From a virus (lineage: Duplodnaviria > Caudoviricetes), in the IMG/VR virus record IMGVR_UViG_3300036852_000116, positions 1-55,340 of that record: 55,340 bases of DNA; one strand, written 5' to 3'. The notes below the pieces were generated by a model that was not told the DNA's origin, searched no databases, and worked only from the letters and a program-made list of their open reading frames with translations. The position numbers were made by a program, and so were the translations under genes. This document shows, piece by piece, positions 10,578 through 19,459 of this stretch. Position 1 is the first letter of the stretch; each line of letters starts with the position of its first letter.

Positions 10578-10849
10578 GTACTGTTCGTAGAACACCACGT
10601 CAAGCCATCAGAGATATCAGCAAGAGCACTGTACGACAGCGGATTCACCACGGTAGGCTTGCTGAAAACTACGATGGTATTGGACAACATGTTTTGGTTT
10701 CTCTATCACAATCTTCTACATCTGCAGCTTATAGAGCCAAGGTTGCTGCCGGGGATTTTGGAACCGGACAGGTCATCCCTGTGGGTACTAAGGTTTCTGT
10801 TATCTCTATTCGTGGGCAACTTGAGATAGTTTCTATGGGCGCAAAGTGA
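10574..10849 (+). CDS. Small tail-tip protein, paralog of the next gene's N-terminus
   Basis: Shares GRLAExYDGIGQxVxVSLSQSS...VAAGDFG...VISIRGQLE with 10846-11706. Confidence 0.6.
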   Translation: MSTVRRTPRQAIRDISKSTVRQRIHHGRLAENYDGIGQHVLVSLSQSSTSAAYRAKVAAGDFGTGQVIPVGTKVSVISIRGQLEIVSMGAK

Positions 10850-11706
10850 AGAGACTTCACGATCTAGTCAAGCAACCACACAGAGTACATATGGGACGAT
10901 TGGCCGAGGATTATGATGGTATCGGTCAATACGTGATGGTATCTCTATCACAATCCTCAGTTGCTGCTGCTTTCAAGGCGCGAGTAGCTGCTGGTGATTT
11001 TGGTGGTAGACGACGTATTCCTATGGGAACCAGAGTTCCTGTTATCAGTATTCGTGGTCAGTTAGAAGTACTACTAGGGAATAGACCACAACCTGTCGTA
11101 ATTCCTGCACCATTTGTTGTTCGAGATGACGGTAACTTGTCTGGTACCGTGGGAGGATTCACAGTTGTAGCTGGTGACGCTTTCTACGTATTCCTCTCTA
11201 CTCCAACAGAGTTCGCAGTTACATCAGTAGGTTGGTCTATAGGAGGTCAAGCACTTGCTCCAGTAGTTGGTAGTCCCAGAGTTAATGGAGATACCCGTCA
11301 AGAACTCTGGTGGTTGCAGAATCCAAATGCTGGGCTCGGACAGATAGCCGGAAGCAACGGAACTGGTAGCATTCCCCTTATTGTGTGGCAAGTACGGGGG
11401 CGTGGATCAGAAACAGTTGACGTTTATGATGAGTCGAGTGGGAATAGCGCTTCTTCAAGTATATCTTTAATTCCTGCTGCTGGGCAGTTGCGTCTTGACG
11501 CAGCATGTCATCATCATATGGGCGGTGGTGGAGCCCCAGGTTCAGCTCCTCCAACACCAGGAGCAGAGCAGATCCTTGGCACAGCTCTTAATACAGAGGC
11601 TGCTGATGTAGAGTTCGGTAGTACCCAAGGTGGTTCAGGTCCAGCTACATGGGCGTTCACTGGATCAATGACTTGGGTTGCACAGGCGATTCTTATCAAC
11701 GGTTAA
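10846..11706 (+). CDS. Putative tail spike/receptor-binding protein
   Basis: Duplicated N-terminal domain plus a Gly/Ser-rich beta C-terminal domain; last gene of the tail module. Confidence 0.55.
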   Translation: MKRLHDLVKQPHRVHMGRLAEDYDGIGQYVMVSLSQSSVAAAFKARVAAGDFGGRRRIPMGTRVPVISIRGQLEVLLGNRPQPVVIPAPFVVRDDGNLSGTVGGFTVVAGDAFYVFLSTPTEFAVTSVGWSIGGQALAPVVGSPRVNGDTRQELWWLQNPNAGLGQIAGSNGTGSIPLIVWQVRGRGSETVDVYDESSGNSASSSISLIPAAGQLRLDAACHHHMGGGGAPGSAPPTPGAEQILGTALNTEAADVEFGSTQGGSGPATWAFTGSMTWVAQAILING

Positions 11707-11730
11707 ATGAGGAGGCGGCATATAGTGTTG

Positions 11731-12669
11731 ATGACATTTAGGTCACCGGTCACTACTCCGTTGTATAGACGTGGAGAATCTGATGGGGTGGCTGATGATG
11801 ACTTCACAGTAACTCAACGATTTGCTGATCCAGATTTCTACTGGTCTAGCATTGATCCTGTCAAGGCAGCTCTTGGTCATCGAGCAACTGATATTGGTAA
11901 CTTCCGTTGTGGGTATCCCATAGTGGCAATGCATGATGGTGTTGCTAGACGAGTCCAAGATAACGCCACCCAGTACGGTGCTCCCAATAACGCTCTTGGC
12001 ATAGTGATCGATCATGGGTATGGAATCAGTACCGAGTACTGGCACCTAGCTTCATGGACAGCACAGAATGGCCCTGTAGTAGCAGGTCAAGAGATTGGTA
12101 AGCTAGGTAGCACCGGACTGGGACAGGTTTGTCATTGCCATATTGAAGCCAAACGAGATGGCAATAAGTTCGATCCAGAGCCACTAATGTTCGGTGGATC
12201 AATCACAGTAGGACAGGAGGCGGCTGAGACTATGCAGATCAAGGGAACGTGGATTCGTCACGTTCATAACAGAGTGGGGAAGGTAACTTCTGATGCTAAT
12301 ATCAGGGCTGGTGTTCTAGCTGGAGACGATGAAGCTCTATGGGTACTACCCAACGGTGCGCCATTCTATCCTAGTTTTGTGGTGAGTGGCAGGGAGATTG
12401 GAACTTCGGCTGACAAGGCCGAGTGGTATGGTGGAACTTGTAGACCCACTAGTCGATCAGGATGGGTCTTCGGCTATATCCACTCTTCTATTCTACCTAG
12501 GACACCTTCCAATCATGGAGTCAGTCTAGACCCTGTGGAAGTTAATACAGTAGAAGTTATCAAGGAGGTTCCTACTGGAATTACTCAACAGCAGTTGCTA
12601 GATGCTGCGGCGGCCGGGAGGCGAGAAGGCATTGAAGCAGCTCGTCGAGATTTGGACGATACCCAATAG
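11731..12669 (+). CDS. Endolysin, M23 metallopeptidase
   Basis: HxxxD (HRATD), YWHL and HxH (HCH) motifs; precedes holin; start uncertain (11707 or 11731). Confidence 0.8.
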   Translation: MTFRSPVTTPLYRRGESDGVADDDFTVTQRFADPDFYWSSIDPVKAALGHRATDIGNFRCGYPIVAMHDGVARRVQDNATQYGAPNNALGIVIDHGYGISTEYWHLASWTAQNGPVVAGQEIGKLGSTGLGQVCHCHIEAKRDGNKFDPEPLMFGGSITVGQEAAETMQIKGTWIRHVHNRVGKVTSDANIRAGVLAGDDEALWVLPNGAPFYPSFVVSGREIGTSADKAEWYGGTCRPTSRSGWVFGYIHSSILPRTPSNHGVSLDPVEVNTVEVIKEVPTGITQQQLLDAAAAGRREGIEAARRDLDDTQ

Positions 12670-12678
12670 GAGAATCAA

Positions 12679-12912
12679 GTGGATTACAAGTTCGTTGTTA
12701 TTCGTGAGGCAGGATGGGCAGCATTCATTGCAGTTGCTCTTGTCGTTCTTCAGGCTCTAGTTGGAATTCAGCCAGAGCTTATTGAAGATTGGAAGACCTG
12801 GGCAATCGCTTTGGGTGGTGCTGGTCTTCGGGCTGGAGCGGCTGCATTGATTGCCGCCTTCACCAAGGGTTTTGCTGTGACTGAGCCCAGTGTAAGCAAC
12901 CCACAGGGTTGA
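12679..12912 (+). CDS. Putative holin
   Basis: Two hydrophobic helices, 77 aa, directly after the lysin, AGGAG RBS. Confidence 0.65.
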   Translation: MDYKFVVIREAGWAAFIAVALVVLQALVGIQPELIEDWKTWAIALGGAGLRAGAAALIAAFTKGFAVTEPSVSNPQG

Positions 12913-13236
12913 TTAATCCCGTTCTTCCGTGGCCTCCGCGGGAGGTGCGGGCACGGTGTCGAGGAAGGCTACGGCTTCTTCGAAAGAGTGGATAACGGTG
13001 GCGTAGCCGCCCGCCGTCCGGATCTGCTTCATCGTGAAAGCCTGGAGGTCCGTAGCTTTGCCTCCAGGCTTCTTAACCTCCATCGCTACGAAGTAGCCTT
13101 GGTACGTCCCTATTAGATCGGGGAGTCCTCTGATCTGATAGGGATTTCCGTGTATCTTACGCACCCACAGACGAGACGGTCCGTATTTCTCATCAAGCTT
13201 CTTCCTAATTTTCTTAGTTAGAGCAGATTCTTGCAT
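12913..13236 (-). CDS. VRR-NUC nuclease / Holliday junction resolvase
   Basis: ESAL...GLPDLI...MEVKKPGG...Q PD-(D/E)XK motif. Confidence 0.85.
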   Translation of the reverse strand: MQESALTKKIRKKLDEKYGPSRLWVRKIHGNPYQIRGLPDLIGTYQGYFVAMEVKKPGGKATDLQAFTMKQIRTAGGYATVIHSFEEAVAFLDTVPAPPAEATEERD

Positions 13237-13254
13237 CAGTAATCATTCTCCTAT

Positions 13255-13461
13255 TATGCCGGCCTAGTCCAGACAAGGGACGGCATACCAAAGATTACTA
13301 GGCGGATGGCCCAGAGCCACAAGATGGTGGTCCAGATGCCTGGTCTGTGGTCGTCTGACCATCGGTATCCCAAGCTTCCCGATGGTGGTGGGTGGTGCCA
13401 TACAGATGCCGCGGGCAATACCTGCACTTGAGCACCCGACGCTTAACTATCTCCAAGCGTC
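13255..13461. other. Structured intergenic region (candidate RNA element)
   Basis: Complementary pairs TATGCCG/CGGCATA, GCCTAGT/ACTAGGC, ACCATCGG/CCGATGGT, GACGCTT/AAGCGTC. Confidence 0.4.
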
Positions 13462-13470
13462 TTCATCACT

Positions 13471-14058
13471 TCAGATATCGTCGTCGTCCACCTCGATTTC
13501 CTCGTCTTCATCTTCGTCGGTTTCTTCGGTCAGGTCCGCGTCCTCGTCTTCTTCCTCTTCTTCGTCCTCATCTTCATCCTCGTCGTCATCTTCGTCGATG
13601 GTTCCTGCGGCTAGAGCTTCATACTCATCCTTGGGGAACCAATCTTGAATCTGAGACTTGGTCTTGTTATCGTAGGTGTGATCGGCGATGCTCGCTGCAT
13701 AGGACCGACCAACGATCTTTTCAAGTGGAACCTTGGTAACCGAAGATGGTACCTTCAGCCCGATGGCTTCAAAAAAGTTCCTCAGACGGAACAGAGCCTT
13801 CTGGCTTAGAGAATACATCTCCGAGTAGTCACCATCTGTCGGTCCCTTCTTGATGGTGTTCTCGATTCTGATCCACCCCGGATCATCGTCAGCCGGCGAG
13901 ACGGCGTAATCCTTCACCTTCAGAAGGTAGTCGCCCTCTGGAACTCGACGGCCCCGCTTTCCCTCAACTCCCGTGAAGTCGATTTGTAGGTTCTTTGGCT
14001 TGCGAGTAGTTTTCTCGCTGCTAGAGCCCTTCTTGGACTTCTTAATCTTCTTCGCCAT
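13471..14058 (-). CDS. Single-stranded DNA-binding protein (DUF669-like)
   Basis: VPEGDY motif, ALFRLRNFFEAIG, long acidic tail; follows AAA ATPase. Confidence 0.75.
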   Translation of the reverse strand: MAKKIKKSKKGSSSEKTTRKPKNLQIDFTGVEGKRGRRVPEGDYLLKVKDYAVSPADDDPGWIRIENTIKKGPTDGDYSEMYSLSQKALFRLRNFFEAIGLKVPSSVTKVPLEKIVGRSYAASIADHTYDNKTKSQIQDWFPKDEYEALAAGTIDEDDDEDEDEDEEEEEDEDADLTEETDEDEDEEIEVDDDDI

Positions 14059-14902
14059 TTGTCTTCTCCAACGTTGGTAGGATTGTGTCTATGAAGTATT
14101 GTAAGGTGGGATTTCTTACGACTCGAGGTACGAGAACATCTGACGTCGGATCCTGACGTAGCTTGGTAACGTACCTGTCATCATCCCCAACGAGTAGTCT
14201 CCATTCCCAGGTCTTCTTAGCTTTCCCGTCCTTTCCCTTCTTAGTGATGGGCTTCTTGTAGAGTCGTCCCACGATATGTACTAGGTTGATCAATGCGTCT
14301 CGCGGGGCGGGTGAGAGAGCCGGGTGGGTTTCTACAAGAGTTGTTCCCTCCTCTTCGTCATCATATTCTGTGTCCCGCTCGTGAGCATTGAAGATAACGT
14401 GCATATCCAAGTTGCGCCAGTTATCAAATGAGGTTGTTAGCAATTGTGCTAGCTTTCCCCAGCTACGCTTATCAGGCATAAGTGGATCACGATTGGCATC
14501 TCTCGTAGCATCGTCACCAAGTACCCACTTCATCCCGATCTTGGCCATGCTGGTTGTGGTATCTAGAACTGCTACCTTGAAGTCGTGTTTAGCATTCTTC
14601 AAATACCAATAGATGAGATCTAGCTCACTCCAATGAGTTACTCGATATACTTTTACGTTTTTACGCTTCTTGATTGAGATTGTACCCTTCTCATTGAAGT
14701 CAATTACGATTGTCTTCAAATTAGAAGAAGTAGATAAAGATGTCTTTCCCTTACCTCCTTTAGAATAGATCAACATATAAAGATAGTCTTTGACATCACC
14801 TACTGGAATGATTAGGTCTTTGGCTAAAACTACTTTTTCTTTACGCGATAGCTTCTTCCCCTTCATCTTCTTGATCTGATTCGGGGTCAAAGCCGATGCC
14901 AT
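14042..14902 (-). CDS. AAA ATPase (Sak4-like recombinase)
   Basis: Walker A SKGGKGKT, VLDTTT, WGKL and AHE motifs; between exonuclease and SSB. Confidence 0.8.
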   Translation of the reverse strand: MASALTPNQIKKMKGKKLSRKEKVVLAKDLIIPVGDVKDYLYMLIYSKGGKGKTSLSTSSNLKTIVIDFNEKGTISIKKRKNVKVYRVTHWSELDLIYWYLKNAKHDFKVAVLDTTTSMAKIGMKWVLGDDATRDANRDPLMPDKRSWGKLAQLLTTSFDNWRNLDMHVIFNAHERDTEYDDEEEGTTLVETHPALSPAPRDALINLVHIVGRLYKKPITKKGKDGKAKKTWEWRLLVGDDDRYVTKLRQDPTSDVLVPRVVRNPTLQYFIDTILPTLEKTNGEED

Positions 14903-15884
14903 GTTTCTTCCTCGGTTCGAAGCGTGTCTTTCTTAGGTGGCTCATATCAAACCCATTCAATTCACCTCTACATAGATCATGGAAGTCACACATGGTCGCA
15001 CAGTCTTTCGTGATGTTTCTTACGTGTGACTTACGTTGACGAGATAGATGGATTTCTCGAGCGGTAGCAATGAAGTCCTTGAGGATCTGCTCGGTAACCT
15101 TTCGCTCGCGCGGGAGTCTATACCGTTTGAGAAGTCTGGATTCTCTTCTCAGTGGCCTGAGGAAATCGCTGTAGTCAGCAGGATCATATCCATTATCCTT
15201 CAAGAACTTGAGAGCGGTTGGGTAGTCTGTGACGATTTTACGCCTGGAGATTTGCCCGGTCTTCTTTGTGAGTTGTGGAATGGTAGGTGGACGAGACTTC
15301 ATGTAATTGTAGATGATACCAGCGATCCGTCCGAACTTTGGCTTAGCACCCACAGGATATAGCATGAGCTGTGGGTCCATCGCGTGAAAGGCATTCTGGT
15401 CAGGAATCTGACTCGTAGACTTGTGGTCAATAACCCAGCGGTTGCCTTCATCATCTTCGATTACTAGATCGATCTTGCCCTTAGCTTGGACGATTACCTT
15501 GACGCCGTTGACCTTGAAGAAGCCAATCTCAATTTCGAACTCATACTCAGCGGCGAGAACTTTCCACCCGTCGTGTTTCCAGTACCACAGGTAAGACTTG
15601 ATGATCCTTCTGACAGCCTGCGGGAGAGGACCATACTTCTTACTGAGTTCTTCTCGTTCTTCTTCGAATAGAGAGTTCCATTCCTTCAGGTATTCCTTGT
15701 GGCCAATCTTCCAGTCGCCCTGAGCATAGTGAGTTTCTAAGGCTCTGTGAAGCCAGTTTCCCAGATATGGAGCTCGCTTCTTGGCTTTGGGTTCCAAGCC
15801 TTCTAAATACTTGTAAGCCCATTGCTTCTCGCATCGTTGGCGAGTTTTAGCCTCACTCCAACTAACGCTGATCGTGTCCGTCAT
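14841..15884 (-). CDS. Cas4/RecB-like PD-(D/E)XK exonuclease
   Basis: SWS...C, GNWLH, GKIDLV, IDHKS, QLMLY and C-terminal Cys residues (CATMCDFHDLC). Confidence 0.85.
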   Translation of the reverse strand: MTDTISVSWSEAKTRQRCEKQWAYKYLEGLEPKAKKRAPYLGNWLHRALETHYAQGDWKIGHKEYLKEWNSLFEEEREELSKKYGPLPQAVRRIIKSYLWYWKHDGWKVLAAEYEFEIEIGFFKVNGVKVIVQAKGKIDLVIEDDEGNRWVIDHKSTSQIPDQNAFHAMDPQLMLYPVGAKPKFGRIAGIIYNYMKSRPPTIPQLTKKTGQISRRKIVTDYPTALKFLKDNGYDPADYSDFLRPLRRESRLLKRYRLPRERKVTEQILKDFIATAREIHLSRQRKSHVRNITKDCATMCDFHDLCRGELNGFDMSHLRKTRFEPRKKHGIGFDPESDQEDEGEEAIA

Positions 15885-15890
15885 AGTACT

Positions 15891-15919
15891 ATTATATTAC
15901 ACATGATTTTCCTTGTCAA
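15891..15919 (-). promoter_or_regulatory. Sigma70-type promoter giving a leaderless exonuclease mRNA
   Basis: TTGACA-17-TATAAT, then 6 nt, then the ATG at 15884. Confidence 0.85.
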
Positions 15920-15989
15920 GCCCAAGTTTTCTCCATATTCTACGAGGAAGTTATTTCTCTTCTTGAGTCATAGAGATCCAATCAATAGG

Positions 15990-16283
15990 CTAATAAGGGA
16001 TCATACTCTTTAACATCCAATCGGCATTATCTAATCCTAGCCTTATCTCACCACCTCTACCGTATAGAACTCCTGACCCACCACCTCTACCACCGTGACC
16101 TTGTACTTCATCTAATGAAACAAATTTCCAGGTTTCTAGATCTGGGTTTTCTCTGAGCAAGCGCATAGCTTCTTGTTGAGTTGCACTTACGCAAACTCTA
16201 TGTTCCCCATCAGGTGCGTTTCTCATCCACTCCAACATCTGAGTTGTTTTGCCGCCCCGTCTGGGAGCTGTGATGATTTTCAT
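15990..16283 (-). CDS. Small P-loop-like protein
   Basis: MKIITAPRRGGKTT Walker-A-like start; may be cut short by a TAG. Confidence 0.5.
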   Translation of the reverse strand: MKIITAPRRGGKTTQMLEWMRNAPDGEHRVCVSATQQEAMRLLRENPDLETWKFVSLDEVQGHGGRGGGSGVLYGRGGEIRLGLDNADWMLKSMIPY

Positions 16284-16578
16284 CTCGACTCTTCCTTGTG
16301 ATTTGTAAGATTCTTTGTTTGGTAACTCCAAACACCTTACCAAGAGTATCACTACCAGTTCCAGCCCAATACAACATAATCACTATCTCATCCCTACTCA
16401 GGAGTTGTCCACAGTGAGGGCAAGATAGTTTAATCAACCCTTTCTTGGGCTTGTAGTGAGCACAAGATAAGCAGAACTGACTATAGCTCTGACCTTTCTT
16501 CTTACCACATCTGGAACAGTTAGGATAATAGTAGTTTCTAGTTCCCGGCTTACGTAGTTTTAGTGGCCTTCTCCCCAA
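16210..16578 (-). CDS. Zn-finger/HTH hypothetical protein
   Basis: Three CxxC pairs followed by an HTH-like LGKVFGVTKQRILQI. Confidence 0.5.
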   Translation of the reverse strand: MGRRPLKLRKPGTRNYYYPNCSRCGKKKGQSYSQFCLSCAHYKPKKGLIKLSCPHCGQLLSRDEIVIMLYWAGTGSDTLGKVFGVTKQRILQITRKSRDENHHSSQTGRQNNSDVGVDEKRT

Positions 16579-19019
16579 TGATCACCTACCGTTATATCTA
16601 CTTGAATCGGGATGGTTGGTGTGTATCCGAAGTAGCTCTTTAAGGGCAGATTCTCCATTGTGGATTTAATTATCTCTGTGGCCGTCTGGACATAATCATC
16701 ATCAATTTCAAACAGCACAGCATCATGGACGTTGCCGATTATGCTCGCGCGTGATGTATCCAATTTCTGATTGAGGAGTACCATCGAAAGAACCGTGAGG
16801 TCCGAAGCAAATCCCTGAACCGGTGCATTGATAGCTTCTCTTTCGGCTTGACCTTGGAGGAACTCGTCTCCAGAATTGATTGAAGGAAGGTGTCGAACCC
16901 TTCCGATGGGCGAAGAGACATGTTGAAGGTTACGGACGAGCCGCCTTTGACGATCGTGCCACGGAAGTAAGGCTTTGAACTGGTTAAAGAAAGCCTTTCG
17001 ATACTCTTTGGCTTCCTCTTCAGAAACTTTGGTTTGGAATTTTTCATCAGCATATACCCTAAACTTCTTTGGTCCCATCCCATACAGGAAACCGAAGTTG
17101 ACTGCCTTCGCTAGCTTGCGTTCTTCCTTGGTGATGTCCTTCGGATCCTTACCAGTTATCTTTACCGCCGTTTCCAGATGGGCGTCTCGTCCTGATCTAA
17201 ATATTTCTGTAAGTTCTCTATCTCGAGACACCATTGCGGCAATTCTAAGTTCGATTTGGCTAAAGTCAGCCTCGACAAACCTCCTCTCACGTTTCCCTTG
17301 TGCAACCCGAACAGCGTTGGTTTTTCGATTGATACCGATGATTCCTCGAATAAGAACGTTCCTGGGCACCTGTTGCATGTTAGAACTAAGTCTTCCAGTA
17401 ACAGTACCCGAGAGATTGTATGAGGTGAAAAGTCGTGGTTTACCAGCAGCTGCAGTGCGGGCCAGCCAAGAACGACTGTAGGTCGATTCATACTTCTGCC
17501 ATTTCCTGAGCTCCATGAGAAGTCCCACAGCTCTGTGCTTCGTCTTGAGTTTCAGTAAGACTGCTTCCTTAGTAGATGGTTTTCCACTCTTCGGAGTATA
17601 TTCGATAACTGGCAGCTCAAGAATTTCAAAGAAGAACTTGCCTAGGAAGTTACCTGAGAACTTAATTGCTGGTGATCTTATATCCTCGGGAACATATTGC
17701 AACATCTTCTGTCTGGTCCGCTCGATGCGTTCTAAAATCTTCTCGTGCCTCGCGCGTAAGCGCCTCATATCTACTGGGAAGCCATTCGCTTCTATCTCAA
17801 CAAACTCGTTGCACGCTGGCATTACCAAGAGTTTGAAGATTCTTAGAAGTCGTGGTCGTTCCTTAAGCTGAGACCTAAAGAGATGGTAGAGTCGGAGGGT
17901 ATAATCAGTATCTTTCCCGTTGTAAGTTGCCAGAGGACCGAGGGGGTGCGGTCTTCTGAAGTCAATATCATCTTCATATGCGTCGGCACCCAAGAAAGTA
18001 CGCGCAAGGGGTTTAAGCCCGTTTGGTCGGTTCTCATCAAGAAGATGTGCTGCGAGTAGTGTATCGAAGGAGGCACGTAGATTCACTCCCTTCCTGCGCA
18101 TTCCTGACATATCAAACTTAGCGTTATGACCGATCATCTTCTTGCCTTCTAGAGCGACATTCAGAGCTGAGTAGACTTCCTTGATAGGAATGTCCCACTT
18201 CACCTCTGGATGTTCTAGGGCCACAACATAACTAGTTCCGGGTTCCCACGTGAAGGAACAGGTGAGAATGATCCACTTGGGATGCCAGACATGAAGTCCA
18301 CCTTTCTTCGCTTCCTTCCCGGATGCTTGATATCCTGGTCCCCATGACTCGATGTCGAAGGAAATTGGAGTATCCACAGACTCGATCAATTTTAAGAACT
18401 TGGCAAGGCTCTTACTAGATCGGATGATATAACTCTTGGTCTGTGGTCGTGTTTCTTCTCCCGATACTATCCGCGCAAGCGTGCGTAGGTCAGATCTAAA
18501 CATCTCCTCCCATGCTGGTGTACGAATAACCGCAGCTGGGTGGATGGTGGGGAAGTAAGAGATGCCATTCTTCTTGACTAAGGCTCCTCTCCTCCTCATG
18601 ATTCCTTTTACGCCTAGCGTTGCCTGTAGCGCGGCATTTCCAAGTGGAACCACGAACTCAGGCTGAACGGCCCCAATTTCATCCAGTAGGTAATGATTGC
18701 ATGTTCTGATTTCAGTCCTGGTAGGTGTTCGATTGTCCGGAGGTCTACACCTACAAGCATTTGTAACGTAAACACTCTCGCGGGGTAAGCCCACTTCGGA
18801 TAGTACAGCATCCAGATACTTGCCCGCCTTCCCTGCAAACGGCTTGGCTTCATCATCTTCCCTGTACCCGGGAGCTTCACCCACGAGCATAACCCTGCTG
18901 GGAACAGGCCCATCTCCCATAACGCAGACCGACTGCGCGGATAGATGGAGAGGGCATTCCTCGCAATTGGGATTGCGGTATGGCTCCCAAACTTTAAGTC
19001 GCGCATCTTCAGTTACCAT
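16560..19019 (-). CDS. Family A DNA polymerase with N-terminal family-4 uracil-DNA glycosylase and 3'-5' exonuclease domains
   Basis: UDG: CEECPL, GEAPG, CRPPDNR, HPAA. Exonuclease: FDIE, HNAKFD, YNGKD. Polymerase: TGRLSS, ADFSQIELR, RKLAKAVNFG, VHDA. Confidence 0.95.
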   Translation of the reverse strand: MVTEDARLKVWEPYRNPNCEECPLHLSAQSVCVMGDGPVPSRVMLVGEAPGYREDDEAKPFAGKAGKYLDAVLSEVGLPRESVYVTNACRCRPPDNRTPTRTEIRTCNHYLLDEIGAVQPEFVVPLGNAALQATLGVKGIMRRRGALVKKNGISYFPTIHPAAVIRTPAWEEMFRSDLRTLARIVSGEETRPQTKSYIIRSSKSLAKFLKLIESVDTPISFDIESWGPGYQASGKEAKKGGLHVWHPKWIILTCSFTWEPGTSYVVALEHPEVKWDIPIKEVYSALNVALEGKKMIGHNAKFDMSGMRRKGVNLRASFDTLLAAHLLDENRPNGLKPLARTFLGADAYEDDIDFRRPHPLGPLATYNGKDTDYTLRLYHLFRSQLKERPRLLRIFKLLVMPACNEFVEIEANGFPVDMRRLRARHEKILERIERTRQKMLQYVPEDIRSPAIKFSGNFLGKFFFEILELPVIEYTPKSGKPSTKEAVLLKLKTKHRAVGLLMELRKWQKYESTYSRSWLARTAAAGKPRLFTSYNLSGTVTGRLSSNMQQVPRNVLIRGIIGINRKTNAVRVAQGKRERRFVEADFSQIELRIAAMVSRDRELTEIFRSGRDAHLETAVKITGKDPKDITKEERKLAKAVNFGFLYGMGPKKFRVYADEKFQTKVSEEEAKEYRKAFFNQFKALLPWHDRQRRLVRNLQHVSSPIGRVRHLPSINSGDEFLQGQAEREAINAPVQGFASDLTVLSMVLLNQKLDTSRASIIGNVHDAVLFEIDDDYVQTATEIIKSTMENLPLKSYFGYTPTIPIQVDITVGDHWGEGH

Positions 19020-19458
19020 CTACGGTCCTGACATCACTAGGAAACTGGTGTACTATAATCCCGGCATCCACCATCAATCGCAGACCTCTAGGATCACGAT
19101 AAGAGTGATGATAAACTACTCGGGTGATACCTGCTTCGATGATAAGTGAAGCGCAATTTCCACAGGGAGCGATAGTTGTATAGAGAGTTGTCCCACAACT
19201 TCCTCCTGATATGCCCTGTGAATATCGAATAGCGTTGTCTTCAGCATGAATTGTTCGAGTGCATCCTCCGTGAGTTCCAATAATACACCCGGCCACGTCA
19301 CAGTGAGCTTCTCCGGGCCGTGAACCAACGTAGCCCGAACTAATGATCCGTGAGTCGAGACATAGAATTGCACCGACCTCAGCTCGTGGACATGTTCCTC
19401 GTTTGGCAACAACATGGGCAATCTCCATTAGCATATGATCACGGCTGATTCGAGCCAT
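19009..19458 (-). CDS. dCMP deaminase
   Basis: HAEDNAI and PCGNC zinc motifs, RGTCPRAEVGA; start moved to MARISRD. Confidence 0.92.
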   Translation of the reverse strand: MARISRDHMLMEIAHVVAKRGTCPRAEVGAILCLDSRIISSGYVGSRPGEAHCDVAGCIIGTHGGCTRTIHAEDNAIRYSQGISGGSCGTTLYTTIAPCGNCASLIIEAGITRVVYHHSYRDPRGLRLMVDAGIIVHQFPSDVRTVDGN

Positions 19459-19459
19459 A

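Noticed and set aside
10574-11100. Diversity-generating retroelement TR/VR pair
   Set aside because: No reverse transcriptase in the window; differences are not adenine-specific and both copies are coding
13382-13739. Poly-Ser and Arg-rich + strand ORFs
   Set aside because: Antisense shadows of the acidic SSB tail
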